In this document: positions 1 through 10,941 of the stretch, piece after piece
Layout: the number at the start of each line of letters is the position of its first letter
Numbering within the stretch: position 1 is the first letter of the stretch
Assembly: GCA_964429775.1 (NCBI GenBank)
Contig: CAYSDJ010000011.1
Location: forward strand, 2,692 to 66,691
Length of the DNA stretch: 64,000 nt
Source: an uncultured Rhizobiaceae bacterium
GTDB taxonomy: Bacteria; Pseudomonadota; Alphaproteobacteria; UBA828
Direction of reading: 5' to 3'
The notes under the pieces: model-generated
What the model saw: only the letters and a program-made list of their open reading frames with translations
Database searches by the model: none
What the model was told of the DNA's origin: nothing
Position numbers and translations under genes: made by a program

Positions 1-17
1 CGCGCCATGACCCCTAT

Positions 18-1202
18 TTACGCTGAAATCTCATTGAGGAAAGAGCGGCCATGTTTGAGCGGCGCCAGGCCGAGATGACCGGCGAGCGTCTGGCCGATAT
101 CGGCGAAGCTTTCGCGTATGCCGAGCGCGACGGGCTTAACGCCAGGACCGAAAGCCAGCACCGGCACATTCTCGCGCGTATGATCCGTGCCCGGCCAGGT
201 CGGGTCGCAGCCATGGTCCGCGGTGATGATGGCGAGATCGCCCGGGCGCATTAGCGCCTCGAATTCGGGCAGCAATTTATCAAACGCTTCCAACGCGCCG
301 GCATAGCCCTTGGTATCGCGGCGGTGGCCGTAGAGCATATCGAAATCTACGAAATTGGTCAGGGCCAATAGATTTTCATCATCGCCGCCGGCGACGTGCA
401 ACGTCTTTTGCCATAGCGCGTCATTGCCGTTCGCCTTGATAACATCGCCGGTGCCCTGGTGAGCAAAAATATCGCCGATTTTGCCGATCGACACGGTCCT
501 GCCTTCGAAACGGTCGAGCAGGGTAGGGGCCGGCGGCAACACGGAATAGTCGCGCCGATTTCCGGTGCGCACATAACGGCCGGCGGGCCCTTTGAAGGGC
601 CGCGCGATCACCCGTCCGACATTATAGGCATCGACCAATTCGCGCGCGATCTCGCACAGCTCAAGGAGGCGCGCGAGGCCGAAGCTTTGTTCATGCGCGG
701 CAATCTGTAACACCGAATCGGCGGAGGTGTAGAGGATCGGCTTGCCGCTCGCCACATGGGCGTCGCCAAGCTCGGCGATGATCTCCGTGCCCGAAGCATG
801 GCGATTGCCGAGAATGCCGGGAAGGCCGGCGCGTGCGATCAGGGCGTCGGTCAAGGCGGCCGGGAAACAGGGTTCGGTGCGCGGGAAATATCCCCACTCC
901 GTCATCACCGGCACGCCGGCCATTTCCCAATGGCCGCTCGGCGTATCCTTGCCGGCGCTTTGCTCCCGCGCCGCGCCATAGGCGCCTGTTAGGCGCCCGT
1001 TCGCCGGCAGGTTTGCAAGCGCTTCGCCACTGCTTTCGAGCGCGGCCGCACCGAGGCCAAGGCGTAAGAGGTTGGGAATCTCAATTTTTCTCGCACCGGC
1101 GATATGGCCCAATGTATTGGCGCCGCTGTCGCCGAACTTCTCCGCATCCGCCGCGCCGCCTAGCCCGAGTGAATCCATCACCAGCACAAAGGCGCGGCTC
1201 AT
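18..1202 (-). CDS. deoB: phosphopentomutase
   Basis: ORF 18..1334; conserved N-term [15 protein letters not shown] at internal ATG 1202; start overlaps deoA stop (ATGA); metalloenzyme fold motifs. Confidence 0.9.
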   Translation of the reverse strand: MSRAFVLVMDSLGLGGAADAEKFGDSGANTLGHIAGARKIEIPNLLRLGLGAAALESSGEALANLPANGRLTGAYGAAREQSAGKDTPSGHWEMAGVPVMTEWGYFPRTEPCFPAALTDALIARAGLPGILGNRHASGTEIIAELGDAHVASGKPILYTSADSVLQIAAHEQSFGLARLLELCEIARELVDAYNVGRVIARPFKGPAGRYVRTGNRRDYSVLPPAPTLLDRFEGRTVSIGKIGDIFAHQGTGDVIKANGNDALWQKTLHVAGGDDENLLALTNFVDFDMLYGHRRDTKGYAGALEAFDKLLPEFEALMRPGDLAIITADHGCDPTWPGTDHTRENVPVLAFGPGVKPVALGIRESFADIGQTLAGHLGLAPLKHGRSFLNEISA

Positions 1203-2542
1203 GATTTGTCGGGGCCGACCCTGCGGCGGACGACCGGCGCTTTGGGCGGCGCCTCGTCGCCCATCGTGAAGGCGGCGCGAATTTCGTCCGCGGCGCGGTG
1301 TGCGTCCGCCTCCGTCGCGGCATGAACAATACATAACGGTCGCTCGGTATCGGCACGTTCGCCAATGGCAGCGATCTCGCCGAGGCCGACGCTATAGTCG
1401 ATATCGTCCTCGGCGCGCCGCCGTCCGCCGCCGAGACCCATGATGGCGATGCCGAGCGCACGCGCATCGACCGCCGTCACAATACCGGGCCGGGCTGGTG
1501 CGGCGGCGAAGATCACCTTGGCTTCGGGTAAATGCCTGGCGCCGCGCGCCATGATATCGGCGGGGCCGCCGAGCTCAGCCACCATGCGGGCAAAATGCTC
1601 TGCTGCGCGGCCGGAGCTTAAGGCATGTTCCGCCTTGGCGCGGCCTTCTTCGACATCGTTGCTGAGGCCGCCGATGGTGAGAATTTCGGCGGCGAGCGAC
1701 ATCGTCACTTCATGCAGGCGCGCATCGCGCTTGAGACCGCTCAGATGGTCGATCGATTCCTGCACCTCGAGCGCGTTGCCGGCGCTGCGCCCAAGCGCCT
1801 GGTTCATGTCGGTAAGAAGTGCTGCGCAGGGCAGACCGGCGCCATTGGCGACCGAAACAATGCTTTCAGCCAGGCTATGCGCCTCATCAAAGGCGCTGGC
1901 AAAGGCGCCCGAGCCGTATTTCACATCCATCACCAATCCGTCGAGACCGGCGGCGAGCTTTTTTGAGAGTATCGAGGCGGTGATCAGCGATAGCGATTCG
2001 ACCGTCGCGGTAACATCGCGGATGGCGTAGAGGCGGCCGTCCGCCGGGGCCAGTTCCGCCGTCTGACCGATAATGGCGCAGCTGGCCTGTTTGACCGTTC
2101 GCCGCAACGTCGTGAGGTCGGGCGTGGTGTTGTAGCCAGGGATCGAATCGAGCTTATCCAGCGTGCCGCCGGAATGGCCCAGCCCCCGGCCTGAGATCAT
2201 CGGCACGGCGGCGCCGCAGGCGGCCATCACCGGCGCCAGAATAAGGCTCACCTTGTCGCCGATGCCGCCGGTCGAGTGTTTGTCCAGTACCGGGTCGTCG
2301 AAACCGGCATCGGACCAGTCGAGCACCGTGCCGGAATGGGTCATGGCGCGGGTCAGCGCGACACGCTCCTCCATGTTCATGCCGTTGAAAAACACCGCCA
2401 TGGCGAAGGCGCCGATCTGGCTTTCCGAGATCGCGCCGGAGGTCAGGCCGTCGACCATGAATTCGATTTCGGCGTCGCTCAGCACCGCGCCGTCGCGCTT
2501 GTTGCGGATAATTTCCTGCGGGAAGAAGTCGGTTTGGCCCAT
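1199..2542 (-). CDS. deoA: thymidine phosphorylase
   Basis: N-term [18 protein letters not shown] matches the E. coli DeoA start; glycosyl-transferase family 3 motifs (HSTGGIGDK). Confidence 0.9.
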   Translation of the reverse strand: MGQTDFFPQEIIRNKRDGAVLSDAEIEFMVDGLTSGAISESQIGAFAMAVFFNGMNMEERVALTRAMTHSGTVLDWSDAGFDDPVLDKHSTGGIGDKVSLILAPVMAACGAAVPMISGRGLGHSGGTLDKLDSIPGYNTTPDLTTLRRTVKQASCAIIGQTAELAPADGRLYAIRDVTATVESLSLITASILSKKLAAGLDGLVMDVKYGSGAFASAFDEAHSLAESIVSVANGAGLPCAALLTDMNQALGRSAGNALEVQESIDHLSGLKRDARLHEVTMSLAAEILTIGGLSNDVEEGRAKAEHALSSGRAAEHFARMVAELGGPADIMARGARHLPEAKVIFAAAPARPGIVTAVDARALGIAIMGLGGGRRRAEDDIDYSVGLGEIAAIGERADTERPLCIVHAATEADAHRAADEIRAAFTMGDEAPPKAPVVRRRVGPDKS

Positions 2543-2544
2543 CG

Positions 2545-4932
2545 TCACTCGCCGTAAGGCGCCCACACATTCTTGACCGAAACCGTATGGTGCAACACTT
2601 CCCGGCCCTCGCTTTGTTGGTTGCTATACCAATCCCACCGGCGGCCATGATTGCTCCAGACGCGTTTGAGATTACCTGCCGCGGCGCGCTCCACTGCTTC
2701 CCCACCAGCTGCCGGGCCGAAATACCAGATCGCCTGCACATCATCATGTTCAGCCAGCACTTGCGCCAGCTCATCGCGCCCGCCGGTGACGATGTTGAGA
2801 ACACCGCCCGGCAGATCGGAGGTATCGAGAACCTGATAGAGATCGGTGGCGCAGAGCGAATGGCGCTCGGCGGGAACGACAATGACGCGGTTGCCCATCG
2901 CCAAGGCCGGCGCGGCGAGCGAGACCAAAGCCAAGAGCGGATGTTCGTCCGGGCAGGCGATGCCGATCACACCAATAGGCTCATTGAGGGCGAGCGCAAT
3001 GCCGCGCAGCGGCGGCTGATGTACTGTGCCCTCATATTTATCCGCCCAGGCCGCGGCGCTAAAGAGGCGCGAGACGGAGGTGCGGACTTCCTTTGCCGCT
3101 TGCGTGCGCGAAGCGCCGCACATCGCCATCAGGCGGTCGCGGAATTCGCCGGCCCGCGCCTCGAGATTTTCGCCGATATAGTAGAGCACCTGGGCCCGGT
3201 TATGGGCGCTCACCTTGCTCCAGCCGCCGGCTTTCCCAGCCGCTTCCACCGCCTCACGCACATCCTTGCGGTTGCCAGCGCCGACCTCGCCCAGCAACGT
3301 ACCGTCGGGCGCGAGGACGGGATCGGAATAGCCCGAATCCGGACGTTTCTGCTTGCCATCGATATAGAGCTTGGCGGTGCGATCGAGCGGCAATTCCGCG
3401 CCCGCTGTCGGCGCGCGTTGCGCAGGCAGGGTCGGGGGCGCTTCAATGGCTGGCAGATTCACTTCCCATGTGGGGCGGAGATATTCCACCAGCCCCTCGC
3501 GGCCGCCTTCGCGGCCAAATCCCGATTCACGCACGCCGCCAAAGCCGCAAGCCGCATCGAACAGATTGGTGGCGTTAATCCAGACGCTGCCGCAGGCAAG
3601 CTTGGGCGCGATGTCGAGGGCGAGGTTGATGTTCTCGCTCCACACACTGGCGGCCAGGCCATAACGGGTGTTGTTGGCCAACGCCACGGCTTCCGCAGGT
3701 GAGCGGAATGTCATCGCCACCAAAACGGGGCCGAAAATTTCTTCCTGTACAATCGTTGCCGAGGGCGTCACATCGGTAAAGAGCGTCGGCGGATAGAAAC
3801 AGCCCCCGTTCGGGCAGGCTGCTTCGGGCTGCCATAGGGTGCCGCCTTCTTGTTGGCCGGTCGCGACCAGTTTCTCGATGCGCACCAACTGCGTTGGCGA
3901 GACGATGGCGCCGATATCAATGCCCTTTTGCATCGGGTCGCCGACGATCAGATTTTCCATGCGGGCGCGGATCTTGGCGTAGAACGGCTCGGCGATGCTC
4001 TCCTGCACCAGCAAGCGCGAGCCGGCGCAACAGACCTGGCCCTGATTGAACCAGATGGCGTCGACCAGTCCCTCGACGGCGCTGTCGAGATCGGCATCGT
4101 CAAAAACGATAAAGGGCGATTTGCCGCCGAGTTCGAGCGATATTTTTTTTCCGGAGCCGGCGGTCGTTTCGCGAATCTTGCGCCCGACTTTGGTCGAGCC
4201 GGTAAAGGCGATCTTGTCGATATCCGGGTGCGCCGTGATCAGCTCGCCGGTGGCACCGTCGCCGGTAACGATATTTACCACGCCGGGCGGCAGGCCGGCC
4301 TCTTGGCACAACTCGGCAAAAAGGAGGGCGCTCAGGCTGGTCTGCTCGGCTGGCTTGAGCACCACCGTGTTACCGGTGGCGATGGCCGGGGCAATCTTCC
4401 AGGCGAGCATCAAGAGGGGAAAATTCCACGGGATAATTTGTCCGGCGACGCCGAGAGCTGCGTGGCCAGGAAACGCCTGCTCGAGGATTTGGGCCCAGCC
4501 GGCATGGTGATAAAAGTGGCGTGCGACGAGCGGGATATCGATATCGCGCGTCTCGCGGATCGGCTTGCCGTTATCGAGCGTCTCGAGCACCGCCAACAGA
4601 CGTGCATGGCGCTGTACCAGGCGGGCCAGGGCATAGAGGTAGCGCGCCCGCTTATGGTCCGGGAGTTTGGCCCAACCGCTTTGCGCCGCGCGCGCGGCGG
4701 CGACGGCGGCATCGACATCGGCTGCACCGGCCTGGGCGATTTGAGCCAGCGCCTGGGCGTTGGCGGGGTTGAACGATTCGAAACTCTGGCCGCCGGCAGC
4801 AGGGCGCCATTCACCGCCGATAAAATGGCCAAAATTCCGCTCATGGCCGTCCAGCCATTTTTCCGCTTCGCCAGCGCTTTCTGGCGCCGGGCCATATTCC
4901 ATGCTGTCGAAAATATCGGCAGTGCTTGTCAT
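2545..4932 (-). CDS. aldehyde dehydrogenase with a C-terminal truncated, non-catalytic ALDH-like domain
   Basis: First ~490 aa are a full ALDH (ELGGKSP glutamate, FNQGQVCCAGSR catalytic Cys). The C-terminal ~300 aa repeat an ALDH NAD-binding fold but lack Cys/Glu motifs. ATG at 4932 sits 1 nt after the deoC stop. Confidence 0.8.
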   Translation of the reverse strand: MTSTADIFDSMEYGPAPESAGEAEKWLDGHERNFGHFIGGEWRPAAGGQSFESFNPANAQALAQIAQAGAADVDAAVAAARAAQSGWAKLPDHKRARYLYALARLVQRHARLLAVLETLDNGKPIRETRDIDIPLVARHFYHHAGWAQILEQAFPGHAALGVAGQIIPWNFPLLMLAWKIAPAIATGNTVVLKPAEQTSLSALLFAELCQEAGLPPGVVNIVTGDGATGELITAHPDIDKIAFTGSTKVGRKIRETTAGSGKKISLELGGKSPFIVFDDADLDSAVEGLVDAIWFNQGQVCCAGSRLLVQESIAEPFYAKIRARMENLIVGDPMQKGIDIGAIVSPTQLVRIEKLVATGQQEGGTLWQPEAACPNGGCFYPPTLFTDVTPSATIVQEEIFGPVLVAMTFRSPAEAVALANNTRYGLAASVWSENINLALDIAPKLACGSVWINATNLFDAACGFGGVRESGFGREGGREGLVEYLRPTWEVNLPAIEAPPTLPAQRAPTAGAELPLDRTAKLYIDGKQKRPDSGYSDPVLAPDGTLLGEVGAGNRKDVREAVEAAGKAGGWSKVSAHNRAQVLYYIGENLEARAGEFRDRLMAMCGASRTQAAKEVRTSVSRLFSAAAWADKYEGTVHQPPLRGIALALNEPIGVIGIACPDEHPLLALVSLAAPALAMGNRVIVVPAERHSLCATDLYQVLDTSDLPGGVLNIVTGGRDELAQVLAEHDDVQAIWYFGPAAGGEAVERAAAGNLKRVWSNHGRRWDWYSNQQSEGREVLHHTVSVKNVWAPYGE

Positions 4933-4933
4933 C

Positions 4934-5941
4934 TTAGGCCATCGGCTGGTGATGGCGCGCGGCATAGCGCGCGGTGGCGCGGTGCTCAAGCTGGCGTTCG
5001 ATATCGGTTAAGAGGCTGGACGCGCCGATGCGGAACAATTCGGGTTCGAGCCACGGCCGGCCAAGCTCTTCTTTCATCATAAAGAGATAGCCGAGCGCCG
5101 CCTTGGCTGTGCCAATGCCGCCGGCGGGTTTAAAGCCAACGCGGCAGCCCGTGCGCTCGCCGTAGCTGCGGATCATGCGCAACATCACCAGGCTCACCGC
5201 CGGCGTGGCGTTGGTGCTCTCCTTGCCCGTAGAGGTCTTGATGAAATCGGCGCCGGCCATCATGCACACCAGGCTGGCCTTGGCGGTGTTCTTGAGCGTC
5301 GCCAGATCGCCGGTGGCGATGATGGTTTTCAGGTGCGCCACGCCGCAAGCCTCGCGGTAGGCGCGCACTTCGTCATAAAGCGCCTGCCAGTCGCCGGTTA
5401 AAACATTGCTACGATCAATCACGATATCGATCTCGCTCGCTCCGGCGGCGATAGACTCCTCGACCTCAAGCAGACGTGCGCGCGGCGCGCTGAGGCCGGC
5501 GGGAAAGCCGGTCGAGACGGCGGCGATGGGAATGCCGCTGCCGGCAAGCGCTTGCACGGCCGGTGCGATCATGGCGTGGTAGACGCACACCGCGCCGACC
5601 CGGATGCCGAGATCGCCCGCGCCGAGCACATCGAGAACCTCCTGCCGCACCGGCTGGCGCGCCTTGGCGCAGAGCCGTTTGACGCGGCCCGGCGTATCAT
5701 CGCCCGAGAGGGTGGTAAGGTCGATGCAGGTGAGCGCCTTCAACAACCAAGCCGTCTGCCAGTCTTTTTTAACCGTGCGCCGGGCCGGAATATTGGCCGC
5801 GCGGCGCTCGACGGCGCTGGTGTTGATGCGCACCTCTTCCAGCCATTTCGGCTCGAAAGCCATGCCTGGGTTGCGCTCCGGTTCGCCACGCGTCGGCAGA
5901 ATACTGACATTATTGCTCATATCCGGCCCAGTGTGACTCAT
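4934..5941 (-). CDS. deoC: deoxyribose-phosphate aldolase (long form)
   Basis: DeoC/TIM-barrel aldolase similarity (GADFIKTSTG Schiff-base Lys region); start overlaps the PNP stop (ATGA). Confidence 0.85.
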   Translation of the reverse strand: MSHTGPDMSNNVSILPTRGEPERNPGMAFEPKWLEEVRINTSAVERRAANIPARRTVKKDWQTAWLLKALTCIDLTTLSGDDTPGRVKRLCAKARQPVRQEVLDVLGAGDLGIRVGAVCVYHAMIAPAVQALAGSGIPIAAVSTGFPAGLSAPRARLLEVEESIAAGASEIDIVIDRSNVLTGDWQALYDEVRAYREACGVAHLKTIIATGDLATLKNTAKASLVCMMAGADFIKTSTGKESTNATPAVSLVMLRMIRSYGERTGCRVGFKPAGGIGTAKAALGYLFMMKEELGRPWLEPELFRIGASSLLTDIERQLEHRATARYAARHHQPMA

Positions 5942-6771
5942 GAGCCTGATTCCGACGAGAGGCCGGATAAAAATTCCGGCAGCAGTCGGCTTAGGTCTTT
6001 CGCCGCCACGGCGCCGACGGCGAGGGATTGCTCGTGACTCAGCTCTTCATCGGTCATGCCGGCGGCAAGATTGGTGAGGCTCGAGATCGCTGCGACGCGC
6101 ATGCCGCAATGGCGCGCCACCAGACATTCCGGCACCGTCGACATGCCGACCGCGTCCGCGCCCATGGTGCGGAAGGCGCGTATTTCCGCTGGGGTTTCGA
6201 AATTGGGCCCCAACAGCGCCATATAGACGCCTTCATTGAGGATAATGCCGAGCGACGTGGCGGCGACCGCGAGGCGGCGGCGCAGCTCCGGGTCGTAGGC
6301 CTGCGTCATATCGAAAAAGCGCTCGCCGAAGCGTTCGTCGTTGGCGCCCCGCAGCGGATTGAGGCCGGTCATGTTTATGTGATCGGAGAGCATCATCAGG
6401 CTGCCGGGCAGAAATCTCGGATTGAGGCTGCCCGCCGCGTTGGTGAGGATCAGCGTAGCGCAGCCGGCCAGGTGGAGGGCGCGGATGGGCAGCGCCAGGT
6501 CCGGTGCCGGATGCCCCTCATAGAGATGCGCCCTGCCTTGCATGCAGGCGACATCGACGCCGGCCAATTTGCCCAGCATCAGGCGCCCGGCATGGCCCTC
6601 GACGGCGGAGCGCGGAAAGCCCGGCAGGTCGCCATAATCGATAATGAAGGGATGCTCGATTGCCTCGGCCAGGGCGCCAACGCCGGTGCCCAAAACAAGT
6701 GCGAGGCGAGGTTGAAAGCCGGGTGCGCCTGAGCGGATGACTTCCGCCGCCACTTCTGGATCATGCGCCAT
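5938..6771 (-). CDS. purine nucleoside phosphorylase (PunA/XapA-type, PNP family 2)
   Basis: Motifs GTGVGALA, MQGRAHLYEG and STVPE are typical of trimeric PNPs. Confidence 0.85.
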   Translation of the reverse strand: MAHDPEVAAEVIRSGAPGFQPRLALVLGTGVGALAEAIEHPFIIDYGDLPGFPRSAVEGHAGRLMLGKLAGVDVACMQGRAHLYEGHPAPDLALPIRALHLAGCATLILTNAAGSLNPRFLPGSLMMLSDHINMTGLNPLRGANDERFGERFFDMTQAYDPELRRRLAVAATSLGIILNEGVYMALLGPNFETPAEIRAFRTMGADAVGMSTVPECLVARHCGMRVAAISSLTNLAAGMTDEELSHEQSLAVGAVAAKDLSRLLPEFLSGLSSESGS

Positions 6772-7176
6772 TTAATCCTCCAGATTATCGGCGATGAAAG
6801 CATAGGGCAGTAAGTCTCCAAGGGGAATGGTCTGGCGCAGGCCCTTCGGGCCGCACACATGCACCGGCGTCTCGGGGCCGGCGAATTCGCTCAGGCGTTG
6901 GCGGCAGCCGCCACATGGCGTGCACAGGCGCTCGCCGTCGCCCATCACCAGGATTTCCACGATTTTGTTATCGCCGCCGCTCACCATGGCACCGATTGCC
7001 GAGGCTTCGGCGCATTGGCCTTGCGGATAGGCGGCGTTCTCGACATTGCAGCCGGCATAAAGGCGCCCGCTTTCGGCCCGGATGCAGGCGCCGACATGAA
7101 AGCCGGAATAGGGCGCGTGGGCATTCTTGCGCACCGTGGATGCCCGCTCGATCAATTCTGTCAGGTCCGCGCTCAT
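6772..7176 (-). CDS. cdd: cytidine deaminase
   Basis: HAPYSGFHVGA, CAEASA and PCGGCRQ zinc-binding motifs; internal ATG 7176 overlaps the permease stop (ATGA). The upstream 216 nt of the ORF are non-protein-like. Confidence 0.85.
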   Translation of the reverse strand: MSADLTELIERASTVRKNAHAPYSGFHVGACIRAESGRLYAGCNVENAAYPQGQCAEASAIGAMVSGGDNKIVEILVMGDGERLCTPCGGCRQRLSEFAGPETPVHVCGPKGLRQTIPLGDLLPYAFIADNLED

Positions 7177-8147
7177 TTTTCCTTCACATAGGGGATGCCG
7201 CTCGCCCTGGGCGGTATCGCCTTGCCAACGAAACCGGCCAGCAGCAGCACGGTCAACACATAGGGCAGCGCTTGAATGGCCTGTACCGGAACGATGCCGA
7301 CGCCAGGAATGTCGACGCCCTGCAGGCGCGCCTCGAGCGCCTGGGCGAAAGCGAACAGGAAACAGGCGAGCAGTGTCGGCAGCGGCTTCCACTTGCCGAA
7401 TATTAACGCCGCGAGTGCGAGATAGCCCATGCCTGCGGTCATGTCGCGGACGAAGAAGGTGTTCATGGCAATGGCGAGATAGGTGCCGGCAACGCCGCAG
7501 AGAATGCCGCAGACGATCATCGCCCGGTAGCGCATGCCGGCAACCGAGATGCCCGCCGTATCGACCGCCTCGGGATTCTCGCCGACGGCTCTCAGACGCA
7601 AACCGAAGCGGGTGCGGTAAATAAACCAGCCGGCGAGCGGCACCATGCCCATGGCGAGATAAACGATTATGTTATGGCCGCTGATGATTTCGCTATAGAC
7701 CTCGCCGATCACCGGCACTTCCGACAGGCGGTCCGAAAATGGCAGGTGGATCGGCCTAAAGCGCGCCAATTCGGAAATCATCGGCGTTTGCGAACCCTGA
7801 TTGAACCAGTTGAACGCCAGCACCGGGCCAAGCCCGGCGACCATGATGTTCAGTGCCATGCCCGAGACCACCTGGTTGCCGTTATGGGTGACGCAGGCGA
7901 AGGCGTGAATCATCGCCAATCCGATCGAAACGCTGATGCCGGCGGCAAGGCCGAGCCACGCCGAATCGGTGACCAGGGCGACCGTCGCGGCGGCGAAGGC
8001 GGCGCCCAACATTTTGCCTTCGAGGCCGATATCGACGACGCCCGAGCGCTCGGCGAACATGCCGGCGAACGAAGCGAGGATGAGCGGGGTCGAGACGCGC
8101 AGCATGGCATCGACCATGAGCACGAAGAAAGTGACCGTGTCGCCCAT
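7173..8147 (-). CDS. ABC transporter permease (nucleoside/simple-sugar type)
   Basis: Multi-TM protein in operon with the BMP binding protein and ATPase. Confidence 0.8.
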   Translation of the reverse strand: MGDTVTFFVLMVDAMLRVSTPLILASFAGMFAERSGVVDIGLEGKMLGAAFAAATVALVTDSAWLGLAAGISVSIGLAMIHAFACVTHNGNQVVSGMALNIMVAGLGPVLAFNWFNQGSQTPMISELARFRPIHLPFSDRLSEVPVIGEVYSEIISGHNIIVYLAMGMVPLAGWFIYRTRFGLRLRAVGENPEAVDTAGISVAGMRYRAMIVCGILCGVAGTYLAIAMNTFFVRDMTAGMGYLALAALIFGKWKPLPTLLACFLFAFAQALEARLQGVDIPGVGIVPVQAIQALPYVLTVLLLAGFVGKAIPPRASGIPYVKEK

Positions 8148-8155
8148 GACCCTTC

Positions 8156-9268
8156 CTACTCCGTCGCCGCCTGAGCGCGGCGCACAAACAGTGCTTCGAT
8201 ACGCGGGCGGAACATGTTTTCGAGCGCGCCGGAGAATAGAATTACCAGACCCTGGATCACCACCACCATTTCACGCCGAATACTCGGCATATCGAAGGCG
8301 AGGTCGTTACCGCCCTGGTAGAGCGCGCCGAACAGAAGTGCCGCAAAAAATATCCCGAACGGATGGTTGCGCCCCATCAGCGCAACGGCGATTCCGACGA
8401 AACCGTAACCGGCGGTGAATTCCAACAGCAAGCGGTGATGCACGCCGAGGATTTCGTTGACGCCGACCAACCCGGCGAGGGCACCGGAGATGCACATGGC
8501 GACGATGATGGCGCGCGACGGCAAAATGCCGCCATAGACGCCGGCCGATTCGTTCTGCCCGATGGTGCGTATTTCGTAGCCCCAGCGCGTGCGCCAGACG
8601 AAGAACCAGAACCCGATGCTGCACAGGATCGCCAGGACGAATGAGAGGTTGAGGGCGGAATGGCCGGCGTCGATTCCGATCAGCGCCAGAATGTTGTGCA
8701 CGCGCGGCAGCATTGCGCCTGATTCGAAATCCCGGCTCTCGGCGGCCTGTTGGCCCGGTTCGATAAGGATTTCCACCATCAAATAGGTCATCAGGATGGC
8801 GGCGATGAAGTTGAACATGATCGTCGTAATGACGATATGGCTGCCGCGCTTGGCCTGCAGCCAGCCTGGGATGAAACCCCAGATGCCGCCGAACAGGGCC
8901 GCCGCGACAATGCCGGCGATAAGCACGATCGGCGCCGGCCAATGGCCGATGGCGAGGCCGACCAGCCCGGCGCCGAGGCCGCCGAGATAGGCCTGGCCCT
9001 CGCCGCCGATATTGAACAGGTAGCAATGAAAGGCCATGGCGACGGCGAGCCCGGTAAATATGAAATTGGTGGTGTAATAGAGCGTGTAGCCGATTGCCTC
9101 GGGATAGCCGAAGGCGCCATAGGCGAGAATCGATATGGCTTCGAACGGGTCCTCGCCGAGCGCCCATATCAGCAGGCCGGACATAAACAGCGCCAGCGCC
9201 AAATTGATCGCCGGCACCAGCGCGTGGGTCACCCAGCGCGGCGCCTCGGTGGGAGCGCCAATGCTCAC
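8156..9268 (-). CDS. ABC transporter permease (nucleoside/simple-sugar type)
   Basis: Multi-TM; start overlaps the ATPase stop (ATGA). Confidence 0.8.
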   Translation of the reverse strand: MSIGAPTEAPRWVTHALVPAINLALALFMSGLLIWALGEDPFEAISILAYGAFGYPEAIGYTLYYTTNFIFTGLAVAMAFHCYLFNIGGEGQAYLGGLGAGLVGLAIGHWPAPIVLIAGIVAAALFGGIWGFIPGWLQAKRGSHIVITTIMFNFIAAILMTYLMVEILIEPGQQAAESRDFESGAMLPRVHNILALIGIDAGHSALNLSFVLAILCSIGFWFFVWRTRWGYEIRTIGQNESAGVYGGILPSRAIIVAMCISGALAGLVGVNEILGVHHRLLLEFTAGYGFVGIAVALMGRNHPFGIFFAALLFGALYQGGNDLAFDMPSIRREMVVVIQGLVILFSGALENMFRPRIEALFVRRAQAATE

Positions 9269-10869
9269 GGTGCGTTTTCCTGGGCTGCGGGTGTTCGCTG
9301 CGCTGCTTGCCGCTCGCCCGCCATCATCAGCCCGAGTGCCTGCTCTGTCGCCTCGCTCTCAGTCACCTCGCCGACGATTTCACCATCGAACATCACCAGG
9401 ATGCGGTCCGAGAGCGACATGATTTCATCGAGTTCGACCGAAACCAAAAGCACCGCCTTGCCCGAATCCCGCATCGCCACGAGGCGGCGGTGGATGAATT
9501 CGATGGCGCCGATATCGACGCCGCGTGTCGGCTGGCCGACAAGCAGAATATCCGGATCGCGGTCCATTTCGCGGCCGAGCACGATTTTTTGCTGGTTGCC
9601 GCCGGAGAAGGCGCCGGTGCGCAGACGCGGCAATGGCGGGCGCACGTCGTATTCCTCCATTTGGCGGCCAACGTCGGCAATCGTTGCGCCATAATCCATC
9701 AGAATCCGGCCATTGTATTTTTCGTCCCGGTGATAGCCGAGAATGCCGCTTTCATTGGCTTCGAAGGACGTCACCAGACCCATGCGCTGGCGATCCTCCG
9801 GCACATGGCCGACACCGGCGGCGCGCACATTGCGCGCACCGCGCGCTGTCGAGCCGGATATTTCCTCGCCCTTGATGCGGATGTGGCCGGATTGCGCCGG
9901 CAGAATTCCGGCCAACGCCTCGAGCAGTTCCGACTGGCCGTTGCCGGCGACGCCGGCAATGCCGAGGATTTCGCCCGCCCGCACGGAAAAGCTGACATTG
10001 CGGAGGCGCGGCAAGCCGCTCCTGTCATTGACGTTCAGACCCTCGACTTCGAGCAGCGCCTCGCCCGGATGCGCCTCGCCTTTTTCGACCCGCAAGAGGA
10101 CAGTGCGCCCGACCATCATGGCGGCCAGATCCTCGCGCGTCGTCTCGGCGGTCATCACTTGGGAAACCACCTCACCGCCGCGCATCACCGTCACCTCGTC
10201 GGTCAGCGCCATAATCTCGCGCAGCTTATGGGTGATCAGAATGATGGTTTTGCCTTGTTCCCTGAGCGCCGCCAGGATGCGGAACAGGTGATCGACCTCC
10301 TGCGGTGTGAGCACGCCGGTCGGCTCGTCGAGAATAAGGATATCGGCGCCGCGATAGAGCGCCTTCAGAATTTCCACCCGTTGCTGCACACCAACCGGCA
10401 GCTCGCCGACAATCGCGTCCGGGTCAACTTCAAGATTGTAATCGCGCTCAAGGCGCTCCAATTCTTCACGCGCCGCCGCCAGGCTCGGCGCCAGCATACG
10501 GCCGCTTTCGACGCCGAGTACGATATTTTCCAGAACCGTGAAGGTATCGACGAGCATGAAATGCTGATGCACCATGCCGATGCCGGCAGCAATGGCGTGC
10601 TCGGGGCCTTTGATTTGCACCGCTTCGCCGCCGACACGGATCTCGCCGCTGTCTGCTTGGTAATAACCGTAAACGACGCTCATCAGCGTCGATTTGCCGG
10701 CGCCATTTTCGCCAATAATGCCGTGGATGGTGCCCGCCGCGACGCGCACATTGACGTTGGAATTCGCGTGAACGGAGCCGAACCATTTTTCGACTCCGAT
10801 GACTTCGAGAGCGGGCGGGGCGGCGCCGGAAGGGGGCGAGGCTCCTCGCCCTGCGTCCGACGCCGCCAT
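9265..10869 (-). CDS. ABC transporter ATP-binding protein with two fused NBDs
   Basis: Walker A GENGAGKST plus a second NBD; RbsA-like architecture. Confidence 0.85.
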   Translation of the reverse strand: MAASDAGRGASPPSGAAPPALEVIGVEKWFGSVHANSNVNVRVAAGTIHGIIGENGAGKSTLMSVVYGYYQADSGEIRVGGEAVQIKGPEHAIAAGIGMVHQHFMLVDTFTVLENIVLGVESGRMLAPSLAAAREELERLERDYNLEVDPDAIVGELPVGVQQRVEILKALYRGADILILDEPTGVLTPQEVDHLFRILAALREQGKTIILITHKLREIMALTDEVTVMRGGEVVSQVMTAETTREDLAAMMVGRTVLLRVEKGEAHPGEALLEVEGLNVNDRSGLPRLRNVSFSVRAGEILGIAGVAGNGQSELLEALAGILPAQSGHIRIKGEEISGSTARGARNVRAAGVGHVPEDRQRMGLVTSFEANESGILGYHRDEKYNGRILMDYGATIADVGRQMEEYDVRPPLPRLRTGAFSGGNQQKIVLGREMDRDPDILLVGQPTRGVDIGAIEFIHRRLVAMRDSGKAVLLVSVELDEIMSLSDRILVMFDGEIVGEVTESEATEQALGLMMAGERQAAQRTPAAQENAP

Positions 10870-10941
10870 GGAAATCTCCCTAAATCTTTCCGTCCGCTCT
10901 CAAGCGCCGCAGCCCGCGTTCAGGCTTGGCGGCGCCCCTCC

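Noticed and set aside
2587-3702. 371-aa plus-strand ORF antisense to the aldehyde dehydrogenase gene. Similar long antisense ORFs occur at 3850-5082, 9307-11172, 14916-16856 and 8307-9167.
   Set aside because: They have Arg/Ala/Gly-rich low-complexity translations, no SD and no family resemblance. This is the usual artefact of >63% GC DNA lacking stop codons opposite real genes.
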